From Promethearchaeota archaeon (lineage in GTDB: Archaea; Asgardarchaeota; Lokiarchaeia; Sigyniarchaeales; SOKP01): DNA of 64,000 bases. The stretch lies in NCBI GenBank assembly GCA_048938895.1, contig JBHLLU010000007.1, forward strand, positions 1 to 64,000, written 5' to 3'. Under the pieces are notes generated by a model, which was not told the origin of the DNA, searched no databases, and saw only the letters and a list, made by a program, of their open reading frames with translations. Below are positions 49,653 through 61,049 of this stretch, in pieces. The position numbers and the translations under genes were made by a program. The first letter of the stretch is position 1; each line of letters starts with the position of its first letter.

Positions 49653-51911
49653 CTAAGTACGCTTATAGATAAATCGTTCCCAACTTTTTCTGTTAGGCAT
49701 TTCTAATGGCATGTCCTTTCTTTTACGGATTTCAAGAATAAGGTCTTCTTCTAAAGAGCCAGGCACCTTTTCAAAACCTAAAAATTCATAACCAAAGAAA
49801 GCCCTTCCTTGTGTTGAGCCTCTGATATCATCAGCAATTCCAATTGTTTCTGCCGCAGGGATTTGACCTTGCACTCTTACGTATTCCCCTTCAGGTATGA
49901 CATTGGTTATTCGGCCTCTTCTCTTAGTTACAGTTGTGGTTACACCTCCTTCAGTGCCTTGAGGTGTTTTTATGTCTATTTTCTGAACTGGTTCATAAAG
50001 ATGAGGTCCTGCTTCTAACATCGCTAATGATACAGCAGAAAAGAACATTCCGGCAATTTGCCCATATTGTGTATGCCTGGGGTCTTCGTGAATGGTCATG
50101 TCTGTAAAAACTACTTTTATTCCGGCTGCGGGTTCTTTTGCTATAATACAATTACCTAACCAGTCTCTAAATGCTGCGCTTAAATAAGATCTAACACGAT
50201 CGAATCTTTGTAGCCCCGTGGTACCGTTAACGAGTAAACTACCATGATAGACATCAACTATTCGTCTTGCTTCTTTTGCATCCCACCCTGCTTCTTCTCT
50301 GAGGATCTGAGCTCTATCTTTATCGTTTTGTAAATCATTTATTTTTCCTGTTTCTATTAATCTTTCTGTAGTCTCATCTAAGGGTTCTATATATAATAAG
50401 ATACGATTATGTGTATTTGCAGACTTAGTATAATATTCTGGACTTTTTTGTGTTATTTTTTCTCTGTAAATAATAATTGGTTCCCCAATGTTTATTTGTA
50501 CTTGATTGTTGATTCTCTTTGTAAGGATTTCTATCTGGAGAGGATCAATACCACTTAGTATAAATTCACCAGATTCGTCGTCTCTTCTATATTCTGCTTC
50601 TGGGTTTGCCTTGAGCCATTTACTTACTACTTCATCCAATTTATCTATCTCGTGAGGATCTTTCGGTTTGATACTTCTTGATACGACCGCTTCACAGGCA
50701 TAATTAATTTTTTCGAATGCAATTTTTGCCAAATTTTTCTTTTCTTCTTTATCCCTCGGAACATTATTCGTCAGCATAAATGTTTCTCCAGCAGGACATA
50801 CGAAACCAAATAAAGCAAAGAGGTTTCCAGCAGGAATCTTAGGAATATCTAAGATATCTGTTATTTCCATAACCCCTAATCGCTTCACACGATTACTTGA
50901 ATCACTGTTTATTAGATAAATTGAATCTGATTGGTCAAATGTACCCGAAAATACACGTCCAATAAGCGTTGCTTGATAATTCCTCTTAGGGTCAAGGAAA
51001 ATTTTTGTAATCATTCCCAGCAATCTACCATTTGGGTCACTCTTAATTAAAGACTGCCCTAGTTCTGAATTTATATTTCCCCCCCAGATATGAGGTATTC
51101 TATATTCAGAAGCTGTGATTGGATCAGGAAGATGATCTACTATCATTCTCAACATTGGCTCATCTAGGGGAAGATTATCCCGTAGCCATTGAATGTCTCC
51201 TTCATTATACTTAGCAAAGACATCTTGAGGTTTCAAACCTTTTTCCAATAATATTTCATATGTAAAACCCCAACCATGTTTAGCAGAACCCACTGCTACT
51301 GAATTCTTCGCAAAATCAATAGACCAATCTGAACCTTCAGGTCTAACTTTTTTAATTAGATCATTAACTTCCCGAGTAATTTTATCTATTTTTGCAAAAG
51401 TATCTTGAGGGCTTAACTTAAGTTCACTTATCAATCTATCAACTTTATTAATAAATAAAACAGGCTTACAGAGTTCTTCTCCTACGGATAAACGAATATT
51501 GGTTTCTGTTTGCGTCATAACTCCTTCTAGAGCATCAACTAAAATAATAGCACCATCGCTCCCTCTAAGCGCTCTTGATACTTCTCCTGTAAAACTAATA
51601 TGTCCCGGGGTATCATTTAATTGAATGATATAGGGTTCAGGATCCTCTGGCTTTCTTGGGTCATTAAATGCAAGGAGAACAACGCTTGTAAATATTGTAA
51701 TGCCCCTTTCTTGTTCTTCATCATCTGAATCAGTCATTTGAAGCTGACCTGCATCTTCAGGTCTCATAAGTCCCGCACGCCTTAATAAGTAATCTGTTGC
51801 TGTGGTTTTACCATGATCAATGTGTGCAGTGATCGAAAATATTCTCTTCTTCTCGTAGGAACCCTCGGTGACTAATTTGGCTATAGTTTCAGGATTTTTT
51901 ACCTTAACCAT
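49653..51911 (-). CDS. fusA: Elongation factor 2 homologue, probably the divergent Asgard paralogue (aEF-2p)
   Basis: AHIDHGKTT, EQERGITI, DTPGH, NKVD and domain IV/V. The diphthamide loop reads HEDPRHTQYGQ instead of HEDxxHRGxxQ. Confidence 0.9.
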   Translation of the reverse strand: MVKVKNPETIAKLVTEGSYEKKRIFSITAHIDHGKTTATDYLLRRAGLMRPEDAGQLQMTDSDDEEQERGITIFTSVVLLAFNDPRKPEDPEPYIIQLNDTPGHISFTGEVSRALRGSDGAIILVDALEGVMTQTETNIRLSVGEELCKPVLFINKVDRLISELKLSPQDTFAKIDKITREVNDLIKKVRPEGSDWSIDFAKNSVAVGSAKHGWGFTYEILLEKGLKPQDVFAKYNEGDIQWLRDNLPLDEPMLRMIVDHLPDPITASEYRIPHIWGGNINSELGQSLIKSDPNGRLLGMITKIFLDPKRNYQATLIGRVFSGTFDQSDSIYLINSDSSNRVKRLGVMEITDILDIPKIPAGNLFALFGFVCPAGETFMLTNNVPRDKEEKKNLAKIAFEKINYACEAVVSRSIKPKDPHEIDKLDEVVSKWLKANPEAEYRRDDESGEFILSGIDPLQIEILTKRINNQVQINIGEPIIIYREKITQKSPEYYTKSANTHNRILLYIEPLDETTERLIETGKINDLQNDKDRAQILREEAGWDAKEARRIVDVYHGSLLVNGTTGLQRFDRVRSYLSAAFRDWLGNCIIAKEPAAGIKVVFTDMTIHEDPRHTQYGQIAGMFFSAVSLAMLEAGPHLYEPVQKIDIKTPQGTEGGVTTTVTKRRGRITNVIPEGEYVRVQGQIPAAETIGIADDIRGSTQGRAFFGYEFLGFEKVPGSLEEDLILEIRKRKDMPLEMPNRKSWERFIYKRT

Positions 51912-52123
51912 CGATTAATACACTTTGTTTTCTATTGTTTTTTTATCTATAATGAAGAAGGAAGTATACAAAATCATAAAAATTTTATGAATTTAAGCTA
52001 TAAATTCGTGATTTTTAGCGATTATTTGATTAATAATTAAATAAAATTAAAGGTAAATTTAAAACCACTAACTCTATTACTATTTTAACAACTGAAATTA
52101 GGGACATTTTAAGGTTCTTAAGA

Positions 52124-53431
52124 ATGAATATTTATTTCGTCTTTAAGCTCTCAACTACATGTTTAATTATTCTTGGAACTATAATTTTTGCGGGAGTGTG
52201 CTTCAAACGACGAGATTTATTTTCTTGGCTGATTGCTTTTATTGCTGGTTCAATCTCAGAATTTTTTAGGCTCCTTTCTCAGGAAGATTATGATCTTTAT
52301 TATTTAACGGGATTAATTTTTTCAACATTAACTTTATTGTTAATAATAATAGCAGTTTCTCATGAATATTACACAACATTTATGCATCCTAGTAAATCTG
52401 GACCTGTTTCTATCGTTCTTTTATCTGTTATTCAAATGATCCTTTCAGTTGGTCTCCAAATTATTATTGGAGTCCTATTATTTGTGGCATTATTTCTAAG
52501 TCTGAGGATTTATTTAAAGAAGAAAACACCTACCCATGCATTTTTATGTTTGATTCTAATAAGTGGAATTATAAACATGATAGCTATATCCTTAAGAGAT
52601 GCAGGTATTGAAGGCGCGGAAGAATTTTTTCTTTTTTCTTCAGCTGTAATGGCTACAAATATATTTCTTACCGGAATAGTTGCTCTTATCGAAGATAGGA
52701 TGGTAAAGTCGGAATATAAGTTCCGGTTAGCTTATAATAGAGCTGAATTATATAAAGATCTATTTGTACATGACATCAATAATATACTCCAAAACTTAGA
52801 GTTTTCTTTAGAAATTATATCTCAACAATGTGAAAAGCATGAAATTGAAGAGGATATTAAAGAGCTACTAAGCCTAGCCAAAAAACAGGTAAATAGAGGT
52901 GCTGAACTCGGTATTAACGTGAGAAAACTCTCAGATTTAGAATTGGGTAAAGTTAATTCTATCTCGATTGACTTGAATGGCGACTTAGAAAAAGCAATAG
53001 CATTTGTAAAACCAAGATTTCCAGAAAAAGATGTAAGAATTATAATTGATTCAAAGGAAGAAGGCTTAAAGGTAATTGCAAATGACTATTTATATGATAC
53101 TTTCAGAATAATTATAAACAACGCGATTCGATATAATAATAGCCCTGAAGTAGAAATAAGAATTAATATCATTCCCATACATGAAGAAGGGAATAATTAT
53201 ATAAGAATGGAATTTATAGATAATGGTACAGGATTGCCAGATGCAATGAAACAAAATATTTTTCATAGAAATTATGATGGACCTAAAAATTTTAAACGGT
53301 TCGGACTAGGGCTTCTTCTTGTAAAAGAAGTTGCTCAGAGTTTTAATGGAAGAGTATGGGCAGAAGATAGAGTAAAAGGAGATTTTGAAAAAGGATGTAA
53401 AATAATTATGTTAATCCCTGAAGCTCAATAA
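52124..53431 (+). CDS. Membrane sensor histidine kinase
   Basis: About 6 TMs, H-box HDINNILQ, N-box NNAIRY, DNGTG and GLGL. Confidence 0.92.
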   Translation: MNIYFVFKLSTTCLIILGTIIFAGVCFKRRDLFSWLIAFIAGSISEFFRLLSQEDYDLYYLTGLIFSTLTLLLIIIAVSHEYYTTFMHPSKSGPVSIVLLSVIQMILSVGLQIIIGVLLFVALFLSLRIYLKKKTPTHAFLCLILISGIINMIAISLRDAGIEGAEEFFLFSSAVMATNIFLTGIVALIEDRMVKSEYKFRLAYNRAELYKDLFVHDINNILQNLEFSLEIISQQCEKHEIEEDIKELLSLAKKQVNRGAELGINVRKLSDLELGKVNSISIDLNGDLEKAIAFVKPRFPEKDVRIIIDSKEEGLKVIANDYLYDTFRIIINNAIRYNNSPEVEIRINIIPIHEEGNNYIRMEFIDNGTGLPDAMKQNIFHRNYDGPKNFKRFGLGLLLVKEVAQSFNGRVWAEDRVKGDFEKGCKIIMLIPEAQ

Positions 53432-53433
53432 CC

Positions 53434-54888
53434 TTAAATATAAAAAGGTAGTATTATTTTTGTAAGTAAAGTCAGAGCTTTCTTCCCAGAAGATAATCTA
53501 GCATTCATACAATTATCAAGATTTAGGATATCAAAGTTATCGGGAATCTTAGGCTTAATAAATTTCTTTAAAAAATCAAGAAAATTAGTAAAATCTCTAT
53601 GAGTTTCAGTCCATAAATACCCCTCTTTCTCAAAGAAGCGTGGATTTTTTCTTTTAAATTTTTCTACATGGTCTTTTTCTTTAATTGGTGGTCCCTTGCG
53701 AATATAAGTTTCTGAAATATTTGGATTTTCACAATATATTACGAGATTATACTCATTTATATCATCTTCAAAATAGACTTCAAATAGAATCTTACCGAAC
53801 CGTTCTATGTGTGTAAACTCTTTTTCTCCATTAGCTATGATCTGATCGCCTAAAGAATACAGTTTATCGCGGTTTATTGTATAGTGAATCTCATTATCAA
53901 GGTTTTTTAACTCTATAAGAAATAACTTCTTAAGCAGATTCTCTTTTTCAACATTGAAATCCATCTCTGGAATAGGTTTGAGTTCAAAAAAATCAACACT
54001 TGATTTTTCTAGAAATAGTTTTATTCTGTATTTACAATATCTATAAGACCGTTCTGATATAGCTGATGCGACATTTCTATTTTTGTCTATAGGATCAATA
54101 ATAAGTAAACAATCTTTTTGAAAATGGGTAATTTTTTTTAAGTCTTTTTTACTTCTTTCATAATAATCTAGGGGATTTGAAGCAAGCTTATCAAAATTTT
54201 CAAAAAGATTAATAATGTTCTCAAAATAATAAATAAGTAATTCTGCACTATATCCAATAAATCCTACTTTACCTACAGAACTCTTATCTCCATAGCTATA
54301 GTTTGCTTTAAAAAATTGCTTTAAGAGTCGAACGTCATTTTTCTGGACTTCTGATAAATTATCTCGTATAAAGCGTCCATGCCAAGGTGAACGATCAACC
54401 GCAGTTATTGGTCCCGTCTTTTTAATGACAGCTAAATCTAAATCAAAGTAGAGCACAATATCTATTTTTATTTTTACATTTTCTTGATAAAAATCCACAG
54501 TGACATAGGGATGTTCTGCATATAATAGTCTTGGATTTTGAAATTCTTTTAAATTCAAGCTCGGAATGATCCATCTATTACAGAGATCTAAGAAATCATC
54601 TTTTGACTCTCTCTTTAGCTTATTTTTACTTAATCCCTCATACTTGGGCGCAAAAGAATTATAATCTAACCCAATAAAGAGATCTATATCATAATCCCCC
54701 CTTAATTGTGTTTGTTTTATCCCTGTTGAGCCTTGTGGTTCTATCTTTGTATACTCAATTCCTAATTCTTTCGCTTTCGTAGCTAGAAGGGCTCTTAATT
54801 GATCAGTTATTTTGCTGATTATATCAATTTCAGTTGGAGTTGGGGTAATTTTTTTTAAAACTTCTTCGAAGATATCATCATATGGCAT
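53434..54888 (-). CDS. cca: Class I (archaeal) CCA-adding enzyme
   Basis: GS...T.L.GD.DIDLF, YAEHPYV, TAVDRSPWH, VRLLKQF, GF.GY..ELL and DPID..RNVASA motifs. Confidence 0.92.
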   Translation of the reverse strand: MPYDDIFEEVLKKITPTPTEIDIISKITDQLRALLATKAKELGIEYTKIEPQGSTGIKQTQLRGDYDIDLFIGLDYNSFAPKYEGLSKNKLKRESKDDFLDLCNRWIIPSLNLKEFQNPRLLYAEHPYVTVDFYQENVKIKIDIVLYFDLDLAVIKKTGPITAVDRSPWHGRFIRDNLSEVQKNDVRLLKQFFKANYSYGDKSSVGKVGFIGYSAELLIYYFENIINLFENFDKLASNPLDYYERSKKDLKKITHFQKDCLLIIDPIDKNRNVASAISERSYRYCKYRIKLFLEKSSVDFFELKPIPEMDFNVEKENLLKKLFLIELKNLDNEIHYTINRDKLYSLGDQIIANGEKEFTHIERFGKILFEVYFEDDINEYNLVIYCENPNISETYIRKGPPIKEKDHVEKFKRKNPRFFEKEGYLWTETHRDFTNFLDFLKKFIKPKIPDNFDILNLDNCMNARLSSGKKALTLLTKIILPFYI

Positions 54889-54897
54889 CTTATTTGG

Positions 54898-56706
54898 TTA
54901 CATCCCCCACCAAGGATGGTTTGTTTTACGCATTAAAGAGATAAATTCTCTAAGGACTTGTCTTTGATCAGTAGTCAATTCATCCAAAAATTTTCCCATC
55001 AATTGTCTTGCATGAGATTCTGGAACATTAACAAATAATGTTTCATCCTTTCCAATTTCTCTTCCAATTTCAATACCTCGAATAGAAATTGCGACCTCAG
55101 AGTCTTTTTCAGCCTTTTCTAATGTCTCCCCCTTATCTTGAATTTGATGAATTCTTCTAACCCTCTTACCTTCATCAGTTATTAAAGGAACTTTAGGATA
55201 TAAGGTACCAGCTTCAACTTTTACTCCAAATACTGCAGGATCTGAATTCCTGAATATATATTCAGGAAACATTTTTAATTTAGCAGGAAGGATCAATTCA
55301 CTTAAACCTTTTGCGGTATCTTCAGCTTTTCTTGTCTCTGAATATTCAATATAATCCTCCAGCAATCTGTAAATTACATTATTAGTAAAAATTCTTATGT
55401 TATCAATAAATGCCTGTTCATTGGCTTCAGGTAAAATTGGGACATTAAATCCTAGCACAACGGCAGAATAGGGATCAAAAGTTTTTACGATATTAGCATT
55501 AATTACATCTTCTTTTTTTATCGGTCCAACATCAGCAATACTAATTTTTACCCCATTTTTAGTGAAGTGGTTTTCTAAGGCTTCTAAAGAACCCAGGGTA
55601 TCGGCTTTTAAAACCACTCCTGCTTTTTCAGTTTTTATACGGATACTTTCTACTTCAGATTCTATTTCGCTATATACAGCTTCTTCATCAGATGGGCCCC
55701 CGATACCCCTAAAAGGTGATCCTGCGACAACATCATCTATATTTGGGGAGAGAATTTTAATTCCTGCTGCTGCTGTAACCACCTCAACAGAATCGAATTT
55801 CTGTCGGGGATCTCTAATTTCATCTAAAGGTTTGGGTGTAAGTAACGCTCTTACTTTTGATTTTATTGGTTTTTCCAAACCACCAACTATAAATTCGTCC
55901 CCTTTGTGTATAACTCCATCATAAATTAATACATCCATTGTTTTTCCTTGTCCTTTCTCTTTTTTAACCTCTAAAACTACTCCACGTGCGGGACCTTCAG
56001 AAAATTGAATATTTGTAGTTAAATATTGTTGAACTAAACCCATCAATACCAGTAATAAAGTTGAAATTCCCTCTCCGGTTTTACCACTAGTAGGTACAAT
56101 AGCTACTTTCTTGGTAAAATCATTGATTTTATCATAACGGTCTATTCCTTTAAATCCTTCTTCTAAGAAATTACCCATTATTTGAAGAATTTTTTCATCT
56201 AAAAACTCTTTTACATGTGGTTTTTGGGAATTATAAGAATCTTGAAAATCAGCATCTTTTTGAGATTTCCAACCAGATAACCTATCAATTTTATTTGCAG
56301 CTATGACAAATGGAGTTTTTCTCTCTCTTAGTATTCTTACAGATTCCCATGTAATCGGCATCGTACCTGCGGTTACGTCAATTACTAAAATCGCTATGTC
56401 CGCCACAGCACCCCCTCGCTTTCTTAAATTCAAAAATGCTGCATGCCCCGGTGTATCTACCACTAATATTCCAGGAAGTTTAATATCCATCTTACCAAAT
56501 TCCTGTTTGGATTTGCTTAAAAATTCCTTGACATCCTCAGTAGGGAAATAAGAAGCACCAATATGTTGAGTAATACCTGCAGCTTCTCTTTGTTGAACCA
56601 CTGTTCCTCTAATATAATCTAATATAGTAGTTTTTCCATGGTCAATATGCCCCAAAATACAGACAATTGGGGCTCTGATTGTCTTTTCAGTATCTGATGT
56701 TGTCAT
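54898..56706 (-). CDS. infB: Translation initiation factor aIF5B (IF-2)
   Basis: GHIDHGKTT, ITQHIGA, DTPGH, NKID, KADTLGSLEA and FRNSDPAVFG motifs. Confidence 0.97.
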   Translation of the reverse strand: MTTSDTEKTIRAPIVCILGHIDHGKTTILDYIRGTVVQQREAAGITQHIGASYFPTEDVKEFLSKSKQEFGKMDIKLPGILVVDTPGHAAFLNLRKRGGAVADIAILVIDVTAGTMPITWESVRILRERKTPFVIAANKIDRLSGWKSQKDADFQDSYNSQKPHVKEFLDEKILQIMGNFLEEGFKGIDRYDKINDFTKKVAIVPTSGKTGEGISTLLLVLMGLVQQYLTTNIQFSEGPARGVVLEVKKEKGQGKTMDVLIYDGVIHKGDEFIVGGLEKPIKSKVRALLTPKPLDEIRDPRQKFDSVEVVTAAAGIKILSPNIDDVVAGSPFRGIGGPSDEEAVYSEIESEVESIRIKTEKAGVVLKADTLGSLEALENHFTKNGVKISIADVGPIKKEDVINANIVKTFDPYSAVVLGFNVPILPEANEQAFIDNIRIFTNNVIYRLLEDYIEYSETRKAEDTAKGLSELILPAKLKMFPEYIFRNSDPAVFGVKVEAGTLYPKVPLITDEGKRVRRIHQIQDKGETLEKAEKDSEVAISIRGIEIGREIGKDETLFVNVPESHARQLMGKFLDELTTDQRQVLREFISLMRKTNHPWWGM

Positions 56707-56786
56707 TTAGGATCACTTACTCTATATTTCTATTATTAGTTAATAAAAAGTAATAAGAAAATTAGAAGTTTTTTGATTTTTTCCTT

Positions 56787-59657
56787 TTAACTGTTTACAA
56801 GATATTTTTTAAGATATTTTGCGGTAAATGAGGTTTTTGAGTCAAGGATTTGTTCGGGAGTACCTTTGGTGACAATTTTACCACCTTTTTCCCCACCTTC
56901 GGGGCCTAAATCAATAATATAATCGACAGATTTTATAATATCCATATTATGTTCAATAATAATTACTGTATTTCCTTTATCTACTAATCTTTGGAGTACT
57001 TGTAATAAAAATTTAATATCATACATATGTAATCCTGTAGTAGGTTCATCTAAGATATATAATGTATTTCCTGTACTTGTTTTTCTCAACTCTCTTGCAA
57101 TTTTTAATCTTTGGGATTCTCCACCACTTAAAGTGGTTGAAGATTGTCCTAATTCCAGATAACCTAAACCGACATCTACCACAGTTTTTAAGGTTCTTTT
57201 CAAATTAGGAATATTGTCAAAAAATTCCAAGGCTTGATTGAAGGTCATTTTCAAAACTTCTGAAATTGATTTCCCCTTATATCTTACTTCCAAGGTCTCT
57301 GCATTATATCTTTCCCCTTTACACAGATCACATCTGATATAAACATCAGGTAGGAAATACATTTCTTTAAGGATATAGCCAGTCCCTTTACATTTTTTAC
57401 AATGCCCTGCTTTGGTATTAAAGCTAAATCTACCTTTATTATAACCTCTTTCTTTCGATTTTGGTAATTGAGCAAATATATCTCGAATATAATCTAAAGC
57501 TTTTGTATAAGTTGAAGGAACAGACCTAGGGGTTCTTCCTATTGGAGATTGATCAATGTTAATAATTTTATCTATTTTATCATAACCTTTTATAGTATCA
57601 AAATCTCCTTGTCTAATTTTAGAACTGCGACTATTAATGAGATTATGTAATCCTTTATAAAGACAATCTATAATTAAACTTGTTTTACCCGCCCCTGAAA
57701 CACCAGTTACGCATGTGAATACGCCTAATGGAATTTCGATTTCAATATCTTTTAAATTATTTTCTCTTGCGCCGAAAAGTTGCAAAAAATCATTATCTGA
57801 TTTACGTCGTTTTTTAGGGATTTCAATTTTTTCCATCCCTGATAAAAATTTTCCAGTCAAGGTATCAGACTTTATTATTTCATCTAATGAACCCTCAGCA
57901 ACGATTTCTCCCCCTTTAACACCTGCTAAAGGTCCTAGATCTATAATGTGATCAGCATTCTCCATTATCGCTTCATCATGCTCTACAACAATAACTGTAT
58001 TACCAAGATCTCGTAATTTTTTTAACATTTTTATAAGTCTATTAATATCCCTTTGATGTAAACCAACACTTGGTTCATCCAAAACATATAACACCCCCAC
58101 TAGACTAGAACCTAATTGAGTCGCTAATCTAATTCTTTCTGCTTCTCCAACTGATAATGTATCTGAACGTCGGCTTAAAGATATATAATCTAATCCTACA
58201 TTTTCTAGAAAAGATAATCGATCATTAATCTCTTTTAGTATTTCTTTTGCAATCGTTCTATCAGTCTCATTTAATTGTAGTGATTTAAAAAATTTGATTG
58301 AATCTTTTACAGATAAATCAGTTAATTGAGCGATATTCATATTATTTATAGTTACTGCCAGACTCTCTGGTTTTAAGCGTTTCCCATCACACTGAGGACA
58401 TGCAATCCGATTCATAAAACTTTCATAATTTTCTCGTGCCCATTCAGACCGTGTCTCCATATATCTCCGATGTAGCAATGGTATTATTCCCTCAAATGGT
58501 CTTATAACATCCCAAGAAGATTTATATTCCTCGTGATTATTTCTATATTCATTTCCATTGCTTTCAAAGTGAAATTGAATTGCTTCATCTTCTGTACCAA
58601 ATAACATTTTATTTAATTTCTCAGGCTCTATTTCCTGTAATGGAGTTTTATTAGCACTGAATCCATAGTGTTTAGCTACCTGAACTATGGTTTGCCAAGA
58701 ATATCCCGTTAAAGAGTTAAATCCTGGAATGTCTCTTATTGGTGTATCTATAAGCGGTACTGATAAATCATCGCCTAATACAAGTCCATAATCGAATTCC
58801 ATCACGGTACCAAGACCACTACAATATCTACAACTCCCATGAGGGATATTGAATGAAAACATCTTATGGTCTAATTGTGGAAAAGAAATGCCACAATCTA
58901 TGCAAGCAAGGTGTTCAGAATAAATTTGTTCTGCATCATCAACAACTTCGACTATAACTAATCCTTCTGCGAGTTCTAACGCGTTTTCTATTGAATCTGC
59001 TAATCTTGTTTTTATATCTTTACGCATTACTAACCTATCAATTATGACATTAATATTATGTTTAACATTCTTTGGCATTGTTATTTCTTCATCTAAAGTA
59101 TATTGAATCCCATCAACTTCTACTCTTACATATCCTTGCTTTCTTAAATCTTGTAGAAGATCTTTATACTCTCCTTTCCGGTCTCGAATTACTGGAGATT
59201 TAATTATAAATTTTTGATTTTCCTTTATAGAATCGAGAAGAATTTGAATAATTTGTTGCGGGGTTTGTGGTCTTATTTCTTTTCCACAATTAGGACAATG
59301 TGGAACACCAATATTTGCGAAAAGAAGCCGATAATAATCATAAATCTCCGTAACCGTTCCTACTGTACTTCTAGGATTTTTCGAGAGTGGTTTTTGTTCT
59401 ATCGCAATTGCCGGTGATAAACCTTCAATGGAATCTACATCTGGTTTATCCATTTCGCCTAAAAACTGACGGGCATAGCTTGATAGTGATTCTAAAAATC
59501 TTCTCTGTCCTTCTGCATATAAAGTATCCATTGCTAGACTAGATTTACCACTTCCACTTATTCCTGTTATAACCACTAGTTTATTACGAGGGATAACAAC
59601 ATCAATGTTTTTAAGATTATTTTGTCTAGCCCCTTTTATTACTATAAATTCACTCAT
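56787..59657 (-). CDS. uvrA: Excinuclease ABC subunit A
   Basis: GISGSGKSS, YAEGQRR, NPRSTVGT, Zn fingers, second Walker A GVSGAGKT, LSGGE and DEPTTGLH. Confidence 0.97.
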   Translation of the reverse strand: MSEFIVIKGARQNNLKNIDVVIPRNKLVVITGISGSGKSSLAMDTLYAEGQRRFLESLSSYARQFLGEMDKPDVDSIEGLSPAIAIEQKPLSKNPRSTVGTVTEIYDYYRLLFANIGVPHCPNCGKEIRPQTPQQIIQILLDSIKENQKFIIKSPVIRDRKGEYKDLLQDLRKQGYVRVEVDGIQYTLDEEITMPKNVKHNINVIIDRLVMRKDIKTRLADSIENALELAEGLVIVEVVDDAEQIYSEHLACIDCGISFPQLDHKMFSFNIPHGSCRYCSGLGTVMEFDYGLVLGDDLSVPLIDTPIRDIPGFNSLTGYSWQTIVQVAKHYGFSANKTPLQEIEPEKLNKMLFGTEDEAIQFHFESNGNEYRNNHEEYKSSWDVIRPFEGIIPLLHRRYMETRSEWARENYESFMNRIACPQCDGKRLKPESLAVTINNMNIAQLTDLSVKDSIKFFKSLQLNETDRTIAKEILKEINDRLSFLENVGLDYISLSRRSDTLSVGEAERIRLATQLGSSLVGVLYVLDEPSVGLHQRDINRLIKMLKKLRDLGNTVIVVEHDEAIMENADHIIDLGPLAGVKGGEIVAEGSLDEIIKSDTLTGKFLSGMEKIEIPKKRRKSDNDFLQLFGARENNLKDIEIEIPLGVFTCVTGVSGAGKTSLIIDCLYKGLHNLINSRSSKIRQGDFDTIKGYDKIDKIINIDQSPIGRTPRSVPSTYTKALDYIRDIFAQLPKSKERGYNKGRFSFNTKAGHCKKCKGTGYILKEMYFLPDVYIRCDLCKGERYNAETLEVRYKGKSISEVLKMTFNQALEFFDNIPNLKRTLKTVVDVGLGYLELGQSSTTLSGGESQRLKIARELRKTSTGNTLYILDEPTTGLHMYDIKFLLQVLQRLVDKGNTVIIIEHNMDIIKSVDYIIDLGPEGGEKGGKIVTKGTPEQILDSKTSFTAKYLKKYLVNS

Positions 59658-59961
59658 ATTCTACTATGTTTTCTAATTCTTGAAATCAAAAAAGTTTTTC
59701 TAGGATATTATAAAACCCAATACTTATATTGAAAATTAAAAAATAATATACAAAATCTGGGTATACGATTTATGAATTATTAAAGGAATATTAGAAAAAT
59801 TCAGCACTCAAAGATTTAAAATAATTTGTATCTATAATTATCCTATCCAATTATAAGACAAGAATTGGTAAAGGTAATATTATATCTAATGATGATCTAT
59901 TGAGTGAGATAATCCCCTACGTTGGTTTATTCAAGATCATGCAACTATCTATTTCGGCCAT

Positions 59962-60264
59962 TTGAATATAGTTAAAGAGCGTGAGGATTCAAAATCATTA
60001 ATACGAAGGCTCTTCACTAAACCACGGGAACTTGATAATAAAAAGATTGAGCCTTTATTTAAGATACTGGATGAAATTGCAAAAGCACATAATAAAACTC
60101 TTGCACAAGTGGCAATTAATTGGCTTATAACAACAGAACAGATATGTGTTATACCAATTCCAGGAATTAGAAATATACGACAAATAAATGATAATATGGG
60201 TGCACTCGGTTGGCACATTACGAAAGAAGAACGTGCTCATATCAACAAAACCGAGATTAGTTGA
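59962..60264 (+). pseudogene. C-terminal fragment of an aldo/keto reductase
   Basis: L.EIAKAHNKTLAQVAINWL.....IPIPG.R...QI.DN.GALGW is the AKR C-terminus. The N-terminal catalytic part is absent and no upstream ORF supplies it. Confidence 0.7.
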
Positions 60265-60305
60265 AATTATAAGTTCAGAAGAATGCAATTAATGAACTTA
60301 GGTTC

Positions 60306-61049
60306 TTATTTATATTCAGATTCATCTACAACCAAATTGGGATCAAGTAATCCTTTTTGAATTTTCCTTAATACATAATTCCTAAATTCCTTGCTTGTGA
60401 AATTTCGAGTTTCAAATTGATTAAATTCCTCTACTTTTTCTCCTGATTTATTATTAATTGTTTCAACATCCCGCATGACATATTCAACCATCGTTGCGCC
60501 TAATAATATACTAAATAAAAAGGATGAAATTAAAGCAGCATCTTTTTCTTTGATCTCTCCTTTATCAATTGCTTTTTGAATTACGCGAGTAGTTCCTTCC
60601 AGATATCTAAAGGGCTTATATTCTTTTTCAAATGGTCCTTTTTTTTCTGAGGGAGGAGATCGGATAATGTGCATCATTCGAAAAGCCGCATAATCTTTTT
60701 CTGCAAATTCAAAAAAGTGTTTAAAAATTTTTAGTAATAAATCAACAGTTGAACCGTTAAAATTCTTAATGATCTCCCGGTTTTCATTCCTGTATTGTTC
60801 ATAAAACTTTTTCCTTATCGCAATCCATAGTTCTCGTTTGCTTTCTACATAATTATAGAGATTATTTTGGCTCATACCTAATTTTCTTGCGAGACCACGT
60901 AGTGTGAAACCATGAAGTCCTTGTTCTTGAAATAATTGTTTTCCTACTTCAAGAATTTCATCAAATTGTTGAGCTTTCTTCTCAGGAGACCTACTTCTTG
61001 TTTGTTTTTTACTATTAATATCGCTTTTTCCATCAATCATTGATTTCAC
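60306..61049 (-). CDS. TetR/AcrR family transcriptional regulator
   Basis: ILEVGKQLFQEQGLHGFTLRGLARKLGMSQNNLYNYVESKREL HTH. Confidence 0.92.
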   Translation of the reverse strand: MKSMIDGKSDINSKKQTRSRSPEKKAQQFDEILEVGKQLFQEQGLHGFTLRGLARKLGMSQNNLYNYVESKRELWIAIRKKFYEQYRNENREIIKNFNGSTVDLLLKIFKHFFEFAEKDYAAFRMMHIIRSPPSEKKGPFEKEYKPFRYLEGTTRVIQKAIDKGEIKEKDAALISSFLFSILLGATMVEYVMRDVETINNKSGEKVEEFNQFETRNFTSKEFRNYVLRKIQKGLLDPNLVVDESEYK

